From the NCBI GenBank assembly GCA_028023455.1, contig JAQFVV010000011.1, positions 5,518,001 to 5,582,000 on the forward strand: a DNA stretch of 64,000 nt, written 5' to 3'. Under the pieces are notes generated by a model. That model was given only the letters and a program-made list of their open reading frames with translations. It made no database searches and had not been told where the DNA came from. Below are positions 51,472 to 64,000 of this stretch, piece by piece (position 1 is the stretch's first letter; each line of letters starts with the position of its first letter). The translations under genes were made by a program, and so were the position numbers. The DNA comes from Epiperipatus broadwayi (taxonomy: Eukaryota > Animalia > Onychophora).

Positions 51472-52618
51472 TTAGTATCGGTCCGGTGGTACTCGTTTTC
51501 TGGGTTGTTCATTCTTGTACCCCTCCATCGTCCCTCCTGTTCCCTCTTCTTGTTCAAACTTTGCGACCATTTCCCCCATTTCATGGATCCCTTTGCAATC
51601 GTTTCCCAGCATCATGCGTCTGAGGGTGGTCGGCATATTGTGTCTTATTATGGAGATGATCTGCATCTCTGTCATAGGGTACGCAGGCAATTGTTGAAGG
51701 CTCGCCACCTGCCTATAATAAAATTGAGTGGCCGTCTCATTGGGCCTTCCCCCATATTTCTCCCGGGTGATTCGAAAATACGTCCCCTCCTGGCGTGCCG
51801 TGTTCCAGAAACACCGTAAGACTTCTTCTTTGTACTCCTCATATGACCGGGGTTTAAACTCCAGCGTCCTCCACCAGTCTCTCGCTGGGCCCTGTAGGTA
51901 GCCGCTGGCAATATTTACTCGGTCAGGTTCTCTCTCCGTAGGTTCTCGAAACAGATTCCTGACGCTTTCGAGGTGGTCCATCGGGTTTTCGTTCATCCCG
52001 GCCCTAAATATCTCTATCTTCATCTGTCTCTCCGCCCATACATGACTTGTGTCCCGTTGCGACATCTGCCTTTCCCATCTCTTCCACCCTTCTACTCATA
52101 TTCCCATGCCCCAGGTCTGCTTCAATCCTTTGGATCCTCTGTCCCCACTCTCCCATTGTCTCACGGACTTCGTCCTGGTGTTGTTTAATTTCATGACACA
52201 CCTCCTCCGTCTGCCTGATGGCTTCCTTCATCACATCTTGACGTCTCTCGCCCTTTCCTACGTCATCCGTTAGGACCTCAACCTTCTCCTTTAGCTCACT
52301 CAGGTCTGCCTTCGTCCTATCCGTCTCCATCGCATTCTGATTTATCTCTTCCTTAACTTGGGTTAAACTACTCTCTTCCCCTTTGTTCTCTTCTGGCTTC
52401 CTTTCCTTTCCCCCGAGTAGTTGCCTTATCTCCTCTTTAAACTCTTCCCTCTCTCTTCTCCGCTCTTCTCTATCTTCCCTCATTTCGGCCATCATTTGCG
52501 TCATCATTCTTATTAAGATTTTAATATCCCCTTCCTCCTGCGTGTCCTGTTTTTTTTTAAATTGGATGGGACTCTCTCCCGTCTGTTCCCACATGCTTTC
52601 ATTTGTATTGTCTTCCAT
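51472..52618 (-). pseudogene. gag: Ty3/gypsy gag (coiled coil plus capsid), split by a +1 frame change between 52618-52004 and 52065-51472
   Basis: KIEIFRAGMNENPMDHLE...GYLQGPARDWW...SYEEYKEEVLRCFWNTARQ is a retrotransposon-gag / Arc-type capsid pattern. It lies between the PBS and the PPT. Confidence 0.85.
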
Positions 52619-53393
52619 TGTTTAATATTTAGTTTATCTTTGGCTATAATAATCCACGACTCGTCACCTACTACTCCGCGGGTCCCCCTGACTGTTTTAT
52701 CCTATCCTTCGATGCTCATTGCCCTTCAAAATTCCCACAGCTCCTGTCCTTCCTTCAATTTGGTTCCTCACGCTCAGATTATCCCAGGTCCCACTGTTCC
52801 CTTCATTTATATACGGTAGCCCTCGGTTATATTCACGGTTATACTTTACTTAACTTTTATATATATATATTTTTTTTTTTTGTGGTCATCTACATATCCG
52901 TGTTGTTTATACGCAACGTCCCTTTTATTTTTAAGTAACACGAAAACTAACAAGATCCCAGATACAGTTCGTTCCCTTTTTCAAGAATACACTAATATTA
53001 AAATGATTTTCCTTTCCTTTTTTTTTTTTTTTTTTGCGATTAAAATTATTTGCAGTTGTCTTATTAGTATAGAAATTAATTTACGAGTTGCTTCCTTTGA
53101 TACACGATATTTCCTCCACGGAATCCCGCTATTCCACAGCTTTCTACAAATATCAGTTATATCCGGCCGCTTGATTATTTTGTTAATACTACAAGAACTA
53201 AATCCCCTTCCCACTCTCTCAAGCAATATTTAATAGTTTTTTTTTTTTTTTTCACGATAATTCCGAAAATTTTCCCCCTGCTTTAGTAGACAATTTGTTC
53301 AGTTATTTCGAGCGCCCTCTTTTTAGATTTGCTTTCGTTGTTATTAACGTCAGCTGTACTCACGTCGGTTCTGCCCTTTGAAACAACAGTTTC

Positions 53394-53412
53394 GCCGCAC
53401 GTTGACGCGCCA
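53394..53412 (-). promoter_or_regulatory. Primer-binding site, tRNA-Lys-like
   Basis: TGGCGCGTCAACGTGCGGC starts 2 nt after the 5' LTR and resembles the tRNA-Lys(CUU) PBS TGGCGCCCAACGTGGGGC. Confidence 0.75.
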
Positions 53413-55479
53413 AATGTAAACCCCCGTGCGACCGTGGCAACCTCCACTACCTTCGCTAATCCTTGCTTGACGATTCCTTTTTTTGTTGGCACCCGCTGTG
53501 TTCTTCCGTCCGGGGATTACATGATGTTCTGTGACGATAATTTCTAACACCCATACACGTACGCTTTATTTATTTTATACATAGATTCGAATCGAATCCC
53601 AGTAATAGGCGCCAGGAGAACTTTTAGAAGAGTCCGCCACGTATGTGCATAAGCCCACTCAATTATATCACAAAACATGCCCGTGCCTCGCTCCAGTCGG
53701 AAACATGAAACGAACACAGCCACAATTACCCTTCACACTACCTCAGTTATTATAATCATAGGAAGGCCCGCCCTACATCCCACAGAACAAATTAATCCAA
53801 CTTAACTTTAGTCTAAAAAGCATCACGACATAAGCATAAAATCAATAAAATCCCACCCCCAAAATATCAACTGCATTCAGCATAAAATCAATAAAATCCC
53901 ACCCCCAAAATATCAACTGCATTCATTTCCATACAAACAAATTTACGCTAAAGCATTCATTCCGATATATATAAATTTATGTTGAAATTCCAAGCAATTA
54001 AATAACAAAAAAAATTTAGCTACATAAATATTTATTTCATCTGTTTAATAATAATTAACGCAGGTATGTGATCGGCAAGCCAAGACAATTAACGGTAAAC
54101 TTCAAATTACTTTGCACATATTATTTAAGACTGTTGATCAGTCGGCAAATTTATTAGGTAAAAAATTCTCGAACTGTTCATAAATGATTAATATTAATTA
54201 TACTGTTCTAGATTAATGTCTTTCTAATAGTTCTGGATATTAAAGTTATTTCTTTAAGTGCACAATTGAATATAACAAATTTTACGATAGCTACCTGTGA
54301 AATGTAGAACGACTGTAATGGGATCCTGAGCGACGGTTATTCTTTAATGAGGCATTCCGGCAATTTGCGCGGTCTCCAAGCGAGCGTGGTCCTAATATGA
54401 GGTTCTCCGGTGGTATGAGCATCTTGATGGCAATCAGCTGGACTGGACGCGGAGGTCCGGCGGTCAAGCCGCGAATTCTATATTCAGCAACGCATGGCAG
54501 TTAGATTCATAACGTCTAATAAAATCAAGTCTCTTAATAATCTCTCTAAAGAAGAGCACAACTGTCTTCTGAAAACGCTGTTCGGCCTTTTTGATCTTTG
54601 CCTTCACGCCCTCACACCTTGAATTTTTCTCCTCCAATCAATCCCATGCACCTGTGAGTCCCTTTATTTGATAAGTCCATCGCGTGTCAGCTCAACTCCG
54701 AGATTTCTGGGATTGTTGACATTAGTTTGGAATTTAACCGTTTTTCTTAGGTATTGTTTCTCTGGGGACAGAAATCTGAGTCGTACAATAGCGGTGTACA
54801 CTTTCTCACACCTCTGTTTCTAATTTTGGCTTGTTTTATCTCGGCGTACCAGCACATATCCTGCCTATTGTTTCAATTTCTAATTTTACATTTACTAATT
54901 ACGTTTGTACAAATTAATCTGAGATTGCTTGGAATTTCAGAACATATTGCTAATTAATTTAAATTATTTGATAAAAGTTAAACTTGCGTTCAATCATTCT
55001 TTTTTTTAATTAATCAAAAATAAATGACAAAAAAAACTACAACGACGGATTATAGATTTATTCTTAGCACACACACAAAATAATAAAATAACAACAATTT
55101 TTACTCTTTTTTTCAATAAATCTGACAGGCACTCTTATATAGCTGCGATCGGCTTTTAGAAACGGCTGTTCTTCGCTCATTATTAAAGCAAGACCGCTTT
55201 TATAAAAGTTTTGTCCCTGTCAGTTATTTCGTCAATTGATTATAGTTGAATATACCCCAATACGCCTGGGTTTGAATACCATGTAACGCTATTCCGTTAC
55301 ACTGGGGATATTGGATGAGTAGGCACTAAATGGGGATTTTATGCACAAACTTTTTTTCATACATTGATTACTAAGGCTTGAACTGGATGGCACTACTGTA
55401 TGGAGAGTTTGCTATTGTTAATATACTTTTTAGTAAAATTTATTTTCAATTTTTTTTAAAACTGTTTAAATGTATTTTG

Positions 55480-56630
55480 TAGCTGTTATTTCATTAAAAA
55501 ACACACACAAAACATCAATATTAGCATTTAGTCAAGATTTATGCTTCATAGTTTGAGGGAGATACTATTGAGAAATAGAGATTTTTTGATAGATTTGATT
55601 TAAAAAGGCATATTTAAAGAGTTGGATGCATTTGGTTTATATATTGAATCATAGCAATTGCACATATATAATGATTTAAAAACTATTGGATATAATTTGG
55701 AAATTATGTTTGAAGGAAGCATGAGCAGAGATTATTGAAGAATTTGATATTAAAATTGGCAATCAATAATAGAGTTATAGATTTATTTAGAGAAAATTTA
55801 ATGAGCGATAGGAATGACAATAAACATTACCATTACAAAGATAGAAAATGTTTTGAAAATTGATGGAGAAAGAGCTGAACTCAAAGGAAGAAGAAGGCTG
55901 CATGTTTATAGAAATGAAAATATATTATATTTAATGACAGAATACTATTAGATATAATTTGGAAAGAAGGTTGAATGAAGCTCAACAATCATTATTGAGA
56001 AACAATCTTAGATAGATTGGATACTAATTATCAGGTGATAATGAAGTAGTCTGTTATTTCGGTGGATCTTTTATGAGTAGTCAACACATATAGAAAGTAT
56101 TGAACATTTATAGAGAAAGGTTGAGTTCTAAAAGTATTATTAGAAACAGGTTGCACTGTTACATAATCACAAATGGACGTAATTTTTAAGCTGGTTGAAA
56201 AGAGGCATAAACAGTCATTTATTGAAAGTCTATTGTATTATGGCAGATATATTAGTTGTCAATGATAATAAAGGTATAGTTATTTAAGAGAATATTCAAT
56301 GAGTAATAATTATGACATTGAATATTTACATCACAAAGACTTGCGCTCAAAAGATATTATATAGGTTTCAACTACATTGTTATAGAATGACACTATATTG
56401 TGTTAAGTGATCATTTGGAAAGAGTAATTGAAGGAAAGCATAAGCAGTGATCATCGAGAGTCTGGTATAATCATTTAAAATAGATCAGAATATTAAATGA
56501 CCCATGATAATGGAGTCATAGGCTGGAAGACATTTTTAAAGATTCATAGAGAAAGACCTGGCCCAAATTCATATGGAATTGTGCAGAATATAGCTATTAT
56601 TACAGAAATATGACCATGTTTGTGTTCAGT
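55480..56630 (+). mobile_element. Very decayed R4/Dong-like (RLE-type) non-LTR retrotransposon 3' region
   Basis: Weak motif remnants in the expected order: a GGRGL-like stretch, ESIEHL...QVALLH, DILVVNDNK (PD motif-like), RVW, PMIM. Confidence 0.4.
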
Positions 56631-57425
56631 GATAAGTCATAATTTGTTTATGTACTATTTCAAGACTATATTTAATTACAGATTTGTTTCACTTGCTATT
56701 TGTGAATGCACATTAGCTTTGACTGAGAACTTTCTAATACTCTCTCACAGTGCACAAATCTCTTCAGACACAGTAATTTTTTTCATTTTGTTCCTATAAT
56801 GCCATCAAATAAGGTCATTCAGTCTAACATATCATCTAGCTTTTTTTTTTTTTTTTAGAATTTAGAACATTGTATAATTATGAATATAAGAGATACTAGT
56901 ATTTATTAGTAATCAGAAGAGATTACAGAAAATTTGCAGAAAAAAAGAAAACCTTGCTTAAATATTAAAAAAAAGATAATAGAAATGGTGCAATTTATTT
57001 CTAGTAACTTTTGCTTCTAAAATATTTACATAATTAGCTATATTTCTTAATGATAATTTGAAGAATTTGTAAATCACTACTGTGATGATATTATTTTTAT
57101 ATATTTTATTTTTTAATAAAATGTTCCAGAACTGCCTTGTTACTTTTTTGATATGTTTTTAAAAAATATGTGATTTTTTTTTTTGTCAAATTTATTTTAT
57201 CAGTTCTCATATTTGTTGATTTTATTATAAAAATATTCAAAAATTCTTATACTTTTAAAATACTTTATACATGCTATAAAATATATTTTAGATTAAGTCT
57301 TCACACAGTCTTGTTTTGCATCATGTTGCTAAGCATTTGAAAATCAGTCCTGTTTGAAATGTAATTTTATTTATCTTTATAGATTGAGAGACTTAGATAA
57401 TTTATAATGCTGTATTTTTAAATAA

Positions 57426-57586
57426 ATTTAAATTAATGTATTTTGTCTATTTATTTCTACCTCTTTATTTTGACAATTTAACTAATTATAACTCAAATAA
57501 TAGTAGAATGTTGAAAGAAGTTATAATTAGTTAAATTGTCAAAATAAAGAGGTAGAAATAAATAGACAAAATACATTAATTTAAAT
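57426..57586. repeat. Perfect 68-bp inverted repeat with a 25-nt loop
   Basis: 57426-57493 is the exact reverse complement of 57519-57586. Confidence 0.95.
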
Positions 57587-57869
57587 AATTACATTGAAAT
57601 TCCACATATATTTTAGTAGACAAAATGCTAATAAAATAATTTTATATACTGCTGATAAGCAATAAATTTTCTAGGACATTAAAAAAAAAATATTGAGACT
57701 AACTATCTTTTATTGTTCTTTTCTCTCTTCTTCATATATATATACATTATTTTATCAATAACTTTTTACAAACTTTCTGTCTTCTACTCATTGCAAACTA
57801 TAATTTATTTCTATTTCAGTAGTATTTATGTTATATTGCTTTTATTATTAAAACATTCTTTAAAATTTA

Positions 57870-60800
57870 ACGTGTTAGGACAGATGTCAGAGAGAGAGAG
57901 AGGAATTATCAAGCCTCTCATCAATCGCATCCAGCTCACCCAAAAGGTGTTTGGGACCTTTGGTCTTCCTGGTATAAGAGTTGATTAACTAGCTTAGAAT
58001 TCACATGAACGATGACCACCCTTGAATTGGCGGAGCGGAAGAGAATTTTGACCTTTTGGAATATGTATGCCTCCAAAAAAGTACAATCCGGGATTGCTGA
58101 TTTGTTTAGTAGTCTGATTGTGAGAGAAAGCTGTGATTGAATTGAGTAATTTGAAGCAGACATCACTGAGAGTTGCATGGCTAGATGATTTGTAAATGGA
58201 ACTAGTTGGAGAGTTGCACAGGTTATAATGAATTTCTGGTGAATAGTACAGTAGATCAATGAAGGAAGTTGTTTGACACATATAAAAGAAGGTTTTAGGT
58301 GGGAAACAGCCTTCTCCACAGAGAACTCTGTTTAGAAGATTAAGGTATTTATGGTTGAACTTGGTATAACTAATATTCCAAAAAGAATTGTTATTAATCT
58401 TGTTTAAGGTTGAGTGTGCTAGCTTACTGTTAATATATAAGTATATTATATTGTGAAGTTTGAGAAGATGATCATCAGGAAGTCTTTGTCAAGATTTAGC
58501 GTTCTGAGTTTAGTGTATGTCTATTGTTTACTGATAAAGAAAGTGATTCCAGAGGAGACGGTTTGAGATGGAACATAGTGAAATGAAACCAGTTGTTGCA
58601 TTAGCTGCAATATTTGATAGTTTGAGTGGATGTGCAACTTCGTTTCTACGAAGCATACAACTTGAAGCCTGGATTTCTGTAACCAGTGTTTGATGGCATA
58701 GGCACATTTAAGGGAATTCAAAGGTCTGATGTTGATACCACCAATTTTAATCTGCATAATTGTTTATTGATTGGGATATAATGCAAACTGGTGAATTATT
58801 GGTTAGGAAAAAGGTCATCCATCAGCAGGAGATGACTGGAGAAATGTGGAGTTATTACTTAATTTTGATAACTGGTCATCTGAGTATAAAAGTTTGTAGT
58901 CAGTGAGACTTTTGGCTTGGTTAAATGCTATTTCTGGAGTGGGCTGTGACTCGAGTCCTCTGGTTCTCTTATTCTCATTTTTTTTGTTGTGTTTGCCATC
59001 TGGTAGTTCTGGTTTGAAAGGCCTTTGATCCTGGTCAGAATTGGCATTGGAAAGGTTATTTTCTTCTTGCTGGGACCCTGAGGAATCTTGAATCTTTTGG
59101 CTCAATTGGCAATGAAGGTTTTTGGTTTTGATCTTGATCAAGAATAGGATTCACTTGATCAGTTTCATCGAGTTGTTCCATTAAACAAGTGTCAGATTTT
59201 AAGTTGTTCTCTATTGATTGTTGAGAAGAAGTGTTAAATTGTAGCTGCTGGTAGGTTGACTCAGTTGAGCTTGTATCTAAATTTAAATTTTGTTCTGTCG
59301 GTTGATGATGTGCTTGATGTAGAACAGGCTGTTGCATAAGCACTGTATTTTCTACCTATTGAGCAGTGTTAGAATCTTGAGGTGAGATTTGGTTCTGGGA
59401 TTGGTGTTCCATTTATGATTTTTTTTGATTTTCTAGAATTGCAGAGAGCACATTCTTTTGGGGTATGTCTTGACTAGGTAAGTGCGCTCTAAAACACTGA
59501 GGCTGCCTTCCACTTATAGAAATAAAAATGGGGCAATTGGCTTGCTCAAGAGTAGATGGAATACCAATTTGAATGTAGCCTTTAGAAAGTTTGATGATAA
59601 AAGCTGCAGTGTTGGTTGGTAGTTCAAAACTGGATCTCTTCTTAACAAGGTATTTAAAACTCGTAATTTCATGATCTGTCTGGGTGAAGTTGAGGTAACA
59701 GTTTCTTGCAAGGTCATAGGCAAGCCTTGGCCTGTTCATATTTATTGTTATGAGGTAGTGGTAATTTAGGATCAGGTGCTGTCTCTTGAAGTTTTCTTTC
59801 TTTAATATGTTATGGAATTCAAGGATCAAGTATCTTCTGTTTGGGTGATGAAATACCCTTCTGATGGCATGACCCAGATTCAAATCTTTCAGCAGTTAGA
59901 AAAAGTCATTGGTAGGGAAAGTGAAGAGCTGACAATTATTATCAGTGGTGATGAGGATGTTGTAACTTGAGTAATATAAAAAGGAGTGGAACAGAATTGA
60001 TGGAATTCTTGGAATTAAATTAAAGGCTGATGCTTTGATGGCTATTCAATAAGTTTTGAGTGTCTGATAGGTTTGGATGCAAAGAGTTCTCATTGTTAAT
60101 TGAGGTGGCAAGATCTTCCTCATCTGAATAAAATATCCCTAATTGTGGAGGGAGTTTGATTTTGTGTGCTGAATTTATTTTTGCTTAGAACTGTAGCATA
60201 AGACTGTTTGTTGCTATCGTTAAAACTATTCAATGTTATTTTAGACTGTAGCAGTGGAAAAACAGTTTGGAAAGTATGTTGGGATAGATCATTGGTTCTG
60301 GTATCAAAATTTAGGTGATTGCCTGAGGAATCTGATTCTGTAACTTTAAATCCACTGTTTTGTCCCTGAGAATTTTCCTGTTTCAATAACTGTGACCATT
60401 GTCATAAACGATTTTGACATCTGCAGAAGAAATTAAATTTCTCATAGTTTTCGTTTTGTTGCTGCTGTGATATTGTTTTAGTGGGAGGTTGGGATGGTGT
60501 TTATTGTCTAGATATGAATTTTTAGATCTTAAAAATGGATCTAAGCGCCTTTTGGCCGCTCCAAAGGTTGAATTCTGGGAAGATCGGAGACTTCCGGGCG
60601 GAACGCCATCAACTTTTTTTAAAAAATTGGGATCCATATCAATGCTTACAGAGTCTTTTTCTGATTGTGAAAGTTTATTTTTAGAGAAGAAATTATACAT
60701 TTTGGTGTTTTTACATAGAATTTCAGTAGTAGGTGTTAAATTTGAGGTGTTTTTTGTTTTATTAACATTTTTTTTGCAGTTTTTCAATATTTACGATCGG

Positions 60801-61060
60801 ATCTGAATTTATGGTGGTTTTTTTAGTCATAGCGATTTTATTAATTTTCTGTTCTGACTCACTGTTGTAAGTTAATTGCTTTGGGAAATTTGTTATTAAC
60901 ATTTTAGAGTTGGGAGAACTATTGTGAGTTTTACTGATTGAACTAAATTGCTTGCTTGAGTATCTACTATTAAAAGCTGATTTTATATTATTTTTTAGTA
61001 ATTGAACAAGTTGATTTTTAACCATTCAGTTTTTTAATATTTTTTCAAACAATTGACTAA
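57870..61060 (-). mobile_element. Tx1/L1-like LINE relic: broken ORF1 and the APE endonuclease start of ORF2; RT absent
   Basis: ORF1 pieces include ISISGRQPQCFR (Tx1-like GQP..C knuckle region). ORF2 reads MQIKIGGINIRPLNS...VVCFVETK...SGITFFISK, then LWRRLFP...SFIDLLYYS...SSHA (endonuclease motifs). Confidence 0.7.
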
Positions 61061-62435
61061 ATTATGGAATTTTATTTGATGTTTTTATTATATTTATATA
61101 TACATCAAAGAAAGAAAAAGAAATGCTATTTTTAACAATATTATGAATATATTTATCCCAAAGTAATGTGTTTATAATTGCTTTTTCAGGTGCATAATAC
61201 TATTGTATTTGTAAGAAAGATCACATATTATCAAAATCTACTATCGAAAATCGGTCATTTTATTTATTATGTATTGAAAAATATTTATACAAATAAAAAG
61301 TTTTGAATCATATGTATATACATTACAATTTCTAAAATATTATATAAAAATGTAATAGATATAAGAACAAAATATTTGAATTCTAACATTTTCCAGTAAA
61401 TTAGATATCATGTGCCTTTCAAAATCTACAGTAGAAAAAGTCTGTTTTTTTTTACCCTTCAAAATCTACAATATAAAGAGAAGCTTGGTTTTATTCAAAC
61501 ATTTTTTTTTTTCAAAAAAGACCACAAATAATTATTATATAACTTACTTGTCATAATGACTGAAAAAAATGGTGGTTCAAAAGGGATAATAACTATGTTC
61601 ACAAGTGTTCTCTTCCAAAATGTAAAAGGAATGCTAAAGAGAATCCAGCAAAAATTGAATAGCTCATTAATTAAAACTGCCATCTATATAAAATTTCACA
61701 AACTAATATCTGAATGCTATATGCATGTGCTGAAATCAAGAAATGCAAAGCTTTCACATACCATATTGTTCAATGATGCCAATGTCAACATCACAACATA
61801 AGGATGTATTATGAACAAAATGAGCTAGGTGGCATGATGTTAATAACTTTCCATTGATTTCTTAGAAAAGATTAATATTTTGAAAAACAATTTCATTATT
61901 TGAAGATACATTTTACTGAAAATTATCTTAAAAATACAGATTTATTCGAAAATCATTCTTTTTTATTTATTAAAATATTTTTTATTTATTTTTTGTCAAG
62001 GGCAAAAAAATTGATTATTTCTATTTATTTGCAAGGTTGATTATTTTCTTCCCAATTTAGCTTAATTTTTTAAATTTATATTTTTAATACATTTTTTTGA
62101 TAACATAAAAAAATATAACTAAGAATAAGTTTTTATTTATTAAAATTTAAAATAGAAAAACAATGGCTCATTACAGTTAAAAAGTGTGATTTTTTTTCCT
62201 TGATGATTATTTTTTGTTTAAGTTCTTTCTAATGATGGTCTTAGACATTGTACAAATGTTAGGGAATATTTACATTTTGTTTTTTGAAAACTTCTAATGT
62301 CTTATTATAGCTATATGTATGACATTTTGAGTTCATGCAGTCATGATGACGCACACACAATACTGAAAATGATCTTGGTTATTTGAGTTTGATTATTGTG
62401 AAAATATTTTATTTTGGAATTTGTAGTTGGTGAAC

Positions 62436-63033
62436 TGTTATAGTCCTCCCTTCTCTCCTTATCTGATCGGATTAAGCATTGTTTGCCACAGGCCAATAGG
62501 CTGATGTATAGATAACAACATAGCTAATGATTATTACAGGCCAATAAACAATGCTTGCTAAATCCGAAGGTTTTCAATAAGGTCATGGATCTGGGTATAA
62601 ATAGTCAGCCTTTTGTGAGGATCAAGGAAGAGTGTGTCTAACCTGAACAGACTCTTTGTGTTCTCCCAGGGAAGCTCTGCTAACCTAAATAGCAGCAAGT
62701 ATTCCCATTGATAGCACTATGCTATTTAGATCTACGCAGCTAGGCAAGTCCCACAGAGACCGGACGCTGCTAAGATCACTCTCGGCTCGAGGCAAGCTGT
62801 CTTGTACAGCTGGAAGAGTCATAGACCCTACCCGTGAGGCAAGCCATCAGGGGTGGCTGGAAGCGGCAGGCAGAACACAGAGTTACGTTAAACTCCAAGA
62901 TTCAACTTGTAATTTGTATATATTGTATTGTATATATTTGTACATAATAAATATATTAATTGTAATACTTGTTTCAGTATTATTTTACATTATTTACTGT
63001 TGGTTGGGTCTGTAAGCCAGACCAAACACAACA
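62436..63033 (+). mobile_element. Solo LTR (598 bp), BEL/Pao-like by its termini
   Basis: TGTT...AACA ends, a perfect 5-bp TSD TGAAC (62431-62435 and 63034-63038), TATAAA at 62596 and AATAAA at 62946. Confidence 0.85.
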
Positions 63034-64000
63034 TGAACAATGCAGGAAAAAAACTCACTCTAGAATTCGTATGATGTTTAAGCATTAAAATTGACGGATT
63101 GGTTTGATCCATATATCTTGAGCTCTCAAATCTATTACTTTATTATAATGCTAGGCCATTCTATAATTGCTCATTTATAATTATGCAAAGCGTATATATA
63201 TATAGCTTCATTTTATAAATATAAGTTCATAAATCAAAATAAATAATTTTACTCTTTTCTGAATTATTGTAATATTTAAATAAATGTTATAGACGTTCAT
63301 ACAGAAAAAGTAGAATTTATAATATCATATTCATAGCAAGTCTACCGTTTCCGTGTGAAATAAGTTCAGTAACTAAGCTAATCCTGGTAGATCTATTGAG
63401 TTATTTTTAGTGATTATTGTAAGTATAATTGCATTTTTTTTTTAAATATCGAAGAATAGATAGATATATGTACTTCTAACATATATATATTTTTTAAAAA
63501 GTAATAAATAATTTAATCATTTTAAGTAATGAAATATTGAGAATGATTATTTTTTTCAAATAGTGTCATTACAAAACACTAAGGAAAAAAAACCCAAGCA
63601 AATAAATAATCTTATTAATTTCGTTTCAATTTGTTTCATAAAATTGATCATAGAATGATTTTTGATTGCACTGTTTTCAACATTAATTAATTTATTTATA
63701 TATTACAAATAATTTTTTTTTAAAAAAATCCTTTTCATTTAAGTAATTTTATTAATGTAAAGTATTTATTTAATCAAGTTCTTTGAAATTCAAACCACGT
63801 TTGTTAAGTATCACAACAATTCAAATACTTGAGTGCAAATTACTTCCAATCAGCATTTGGGTTGGAGCCATTATTATTCATTTCAGGTTCTCTAAGTAAC
63901 GTGATTCTATGCGAGATTTATTATTAGAATGAAATTTCGTGGATTGTGCTGACCTCTGAACAAAGTGATTAATAATATATTTATTAATTTTATTAAATAA

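Larger units (their letters stand above)
48739..55301 (-). mobile_element. Full-length non-autonomous, gag-only Ty3/gypsy LTR retrotransposon (6563 bp)
   Basis: LTRs at 48739-50623 and 53415-55301 differ by about 19 substitutions and 5 small indels (counted by eye). TG...CA ends, TSD CTGG, PBS, PPT and gag. The internal region is only 2.8 kb and has no RT, RNaseH or integrase core. Confidence 0.92.

Noticed and set aside
51364-51474. Four in-frame stops after gag, each one C-to-T change from a sense codon, suggesting hypermutation
   Set aside because: Every stop codon is one C-to-T change from CAA, CAG or CGA, so this carries no information.
52004-52065. Programmed frameshift in gag
   Set aside because: The shift needed is +1, and the only slippery-looking heptamer (GGGAAAG) is a -1 type. 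A single indel is simpler.

Overview
This is very AT-rich eukaryotic nuclear DNA, probably from an invertebrate and arthropod-like, judged from a cox1 NUMT that uses TGA for Trp. I cannot identify any intact host gene, rRNA, tRNA or CRISPR array. The window is mostly nested transposon relics. (1) Four members of a family of very long (3-3.5 kb) TG...CA LTRs. (2) A young, structurally complete but gag-only Ty3/gypsy element at 48739-55301, with LTRs about 99% identical, a 4-bp TSD, a PBS and a PPT. (3) A second decayed gag, and a solo LTR with a 5-bp TSD. (4) Tx1/L1-like, RTE-like and R4-like LINE relics. (5) A Merlin/ISXO2 transposase fragment and several MITEs. (6) A cox1 NUMT fused in sense to a Penelope-like element (PLE). 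The most interesting signal is a set of minimal hammerhead-ribozyme (HHR) motifs from four different repeat families. They include a structured 455-bp head-to-tail dimer that looks like a retrozyme or PLE terminal repeat, three fold-back insertions, and a PLE terminal repeat with tRNA-like Pol III boxes just upstream of its HHR. All alignments and identities were judged by eye and no database search was run.
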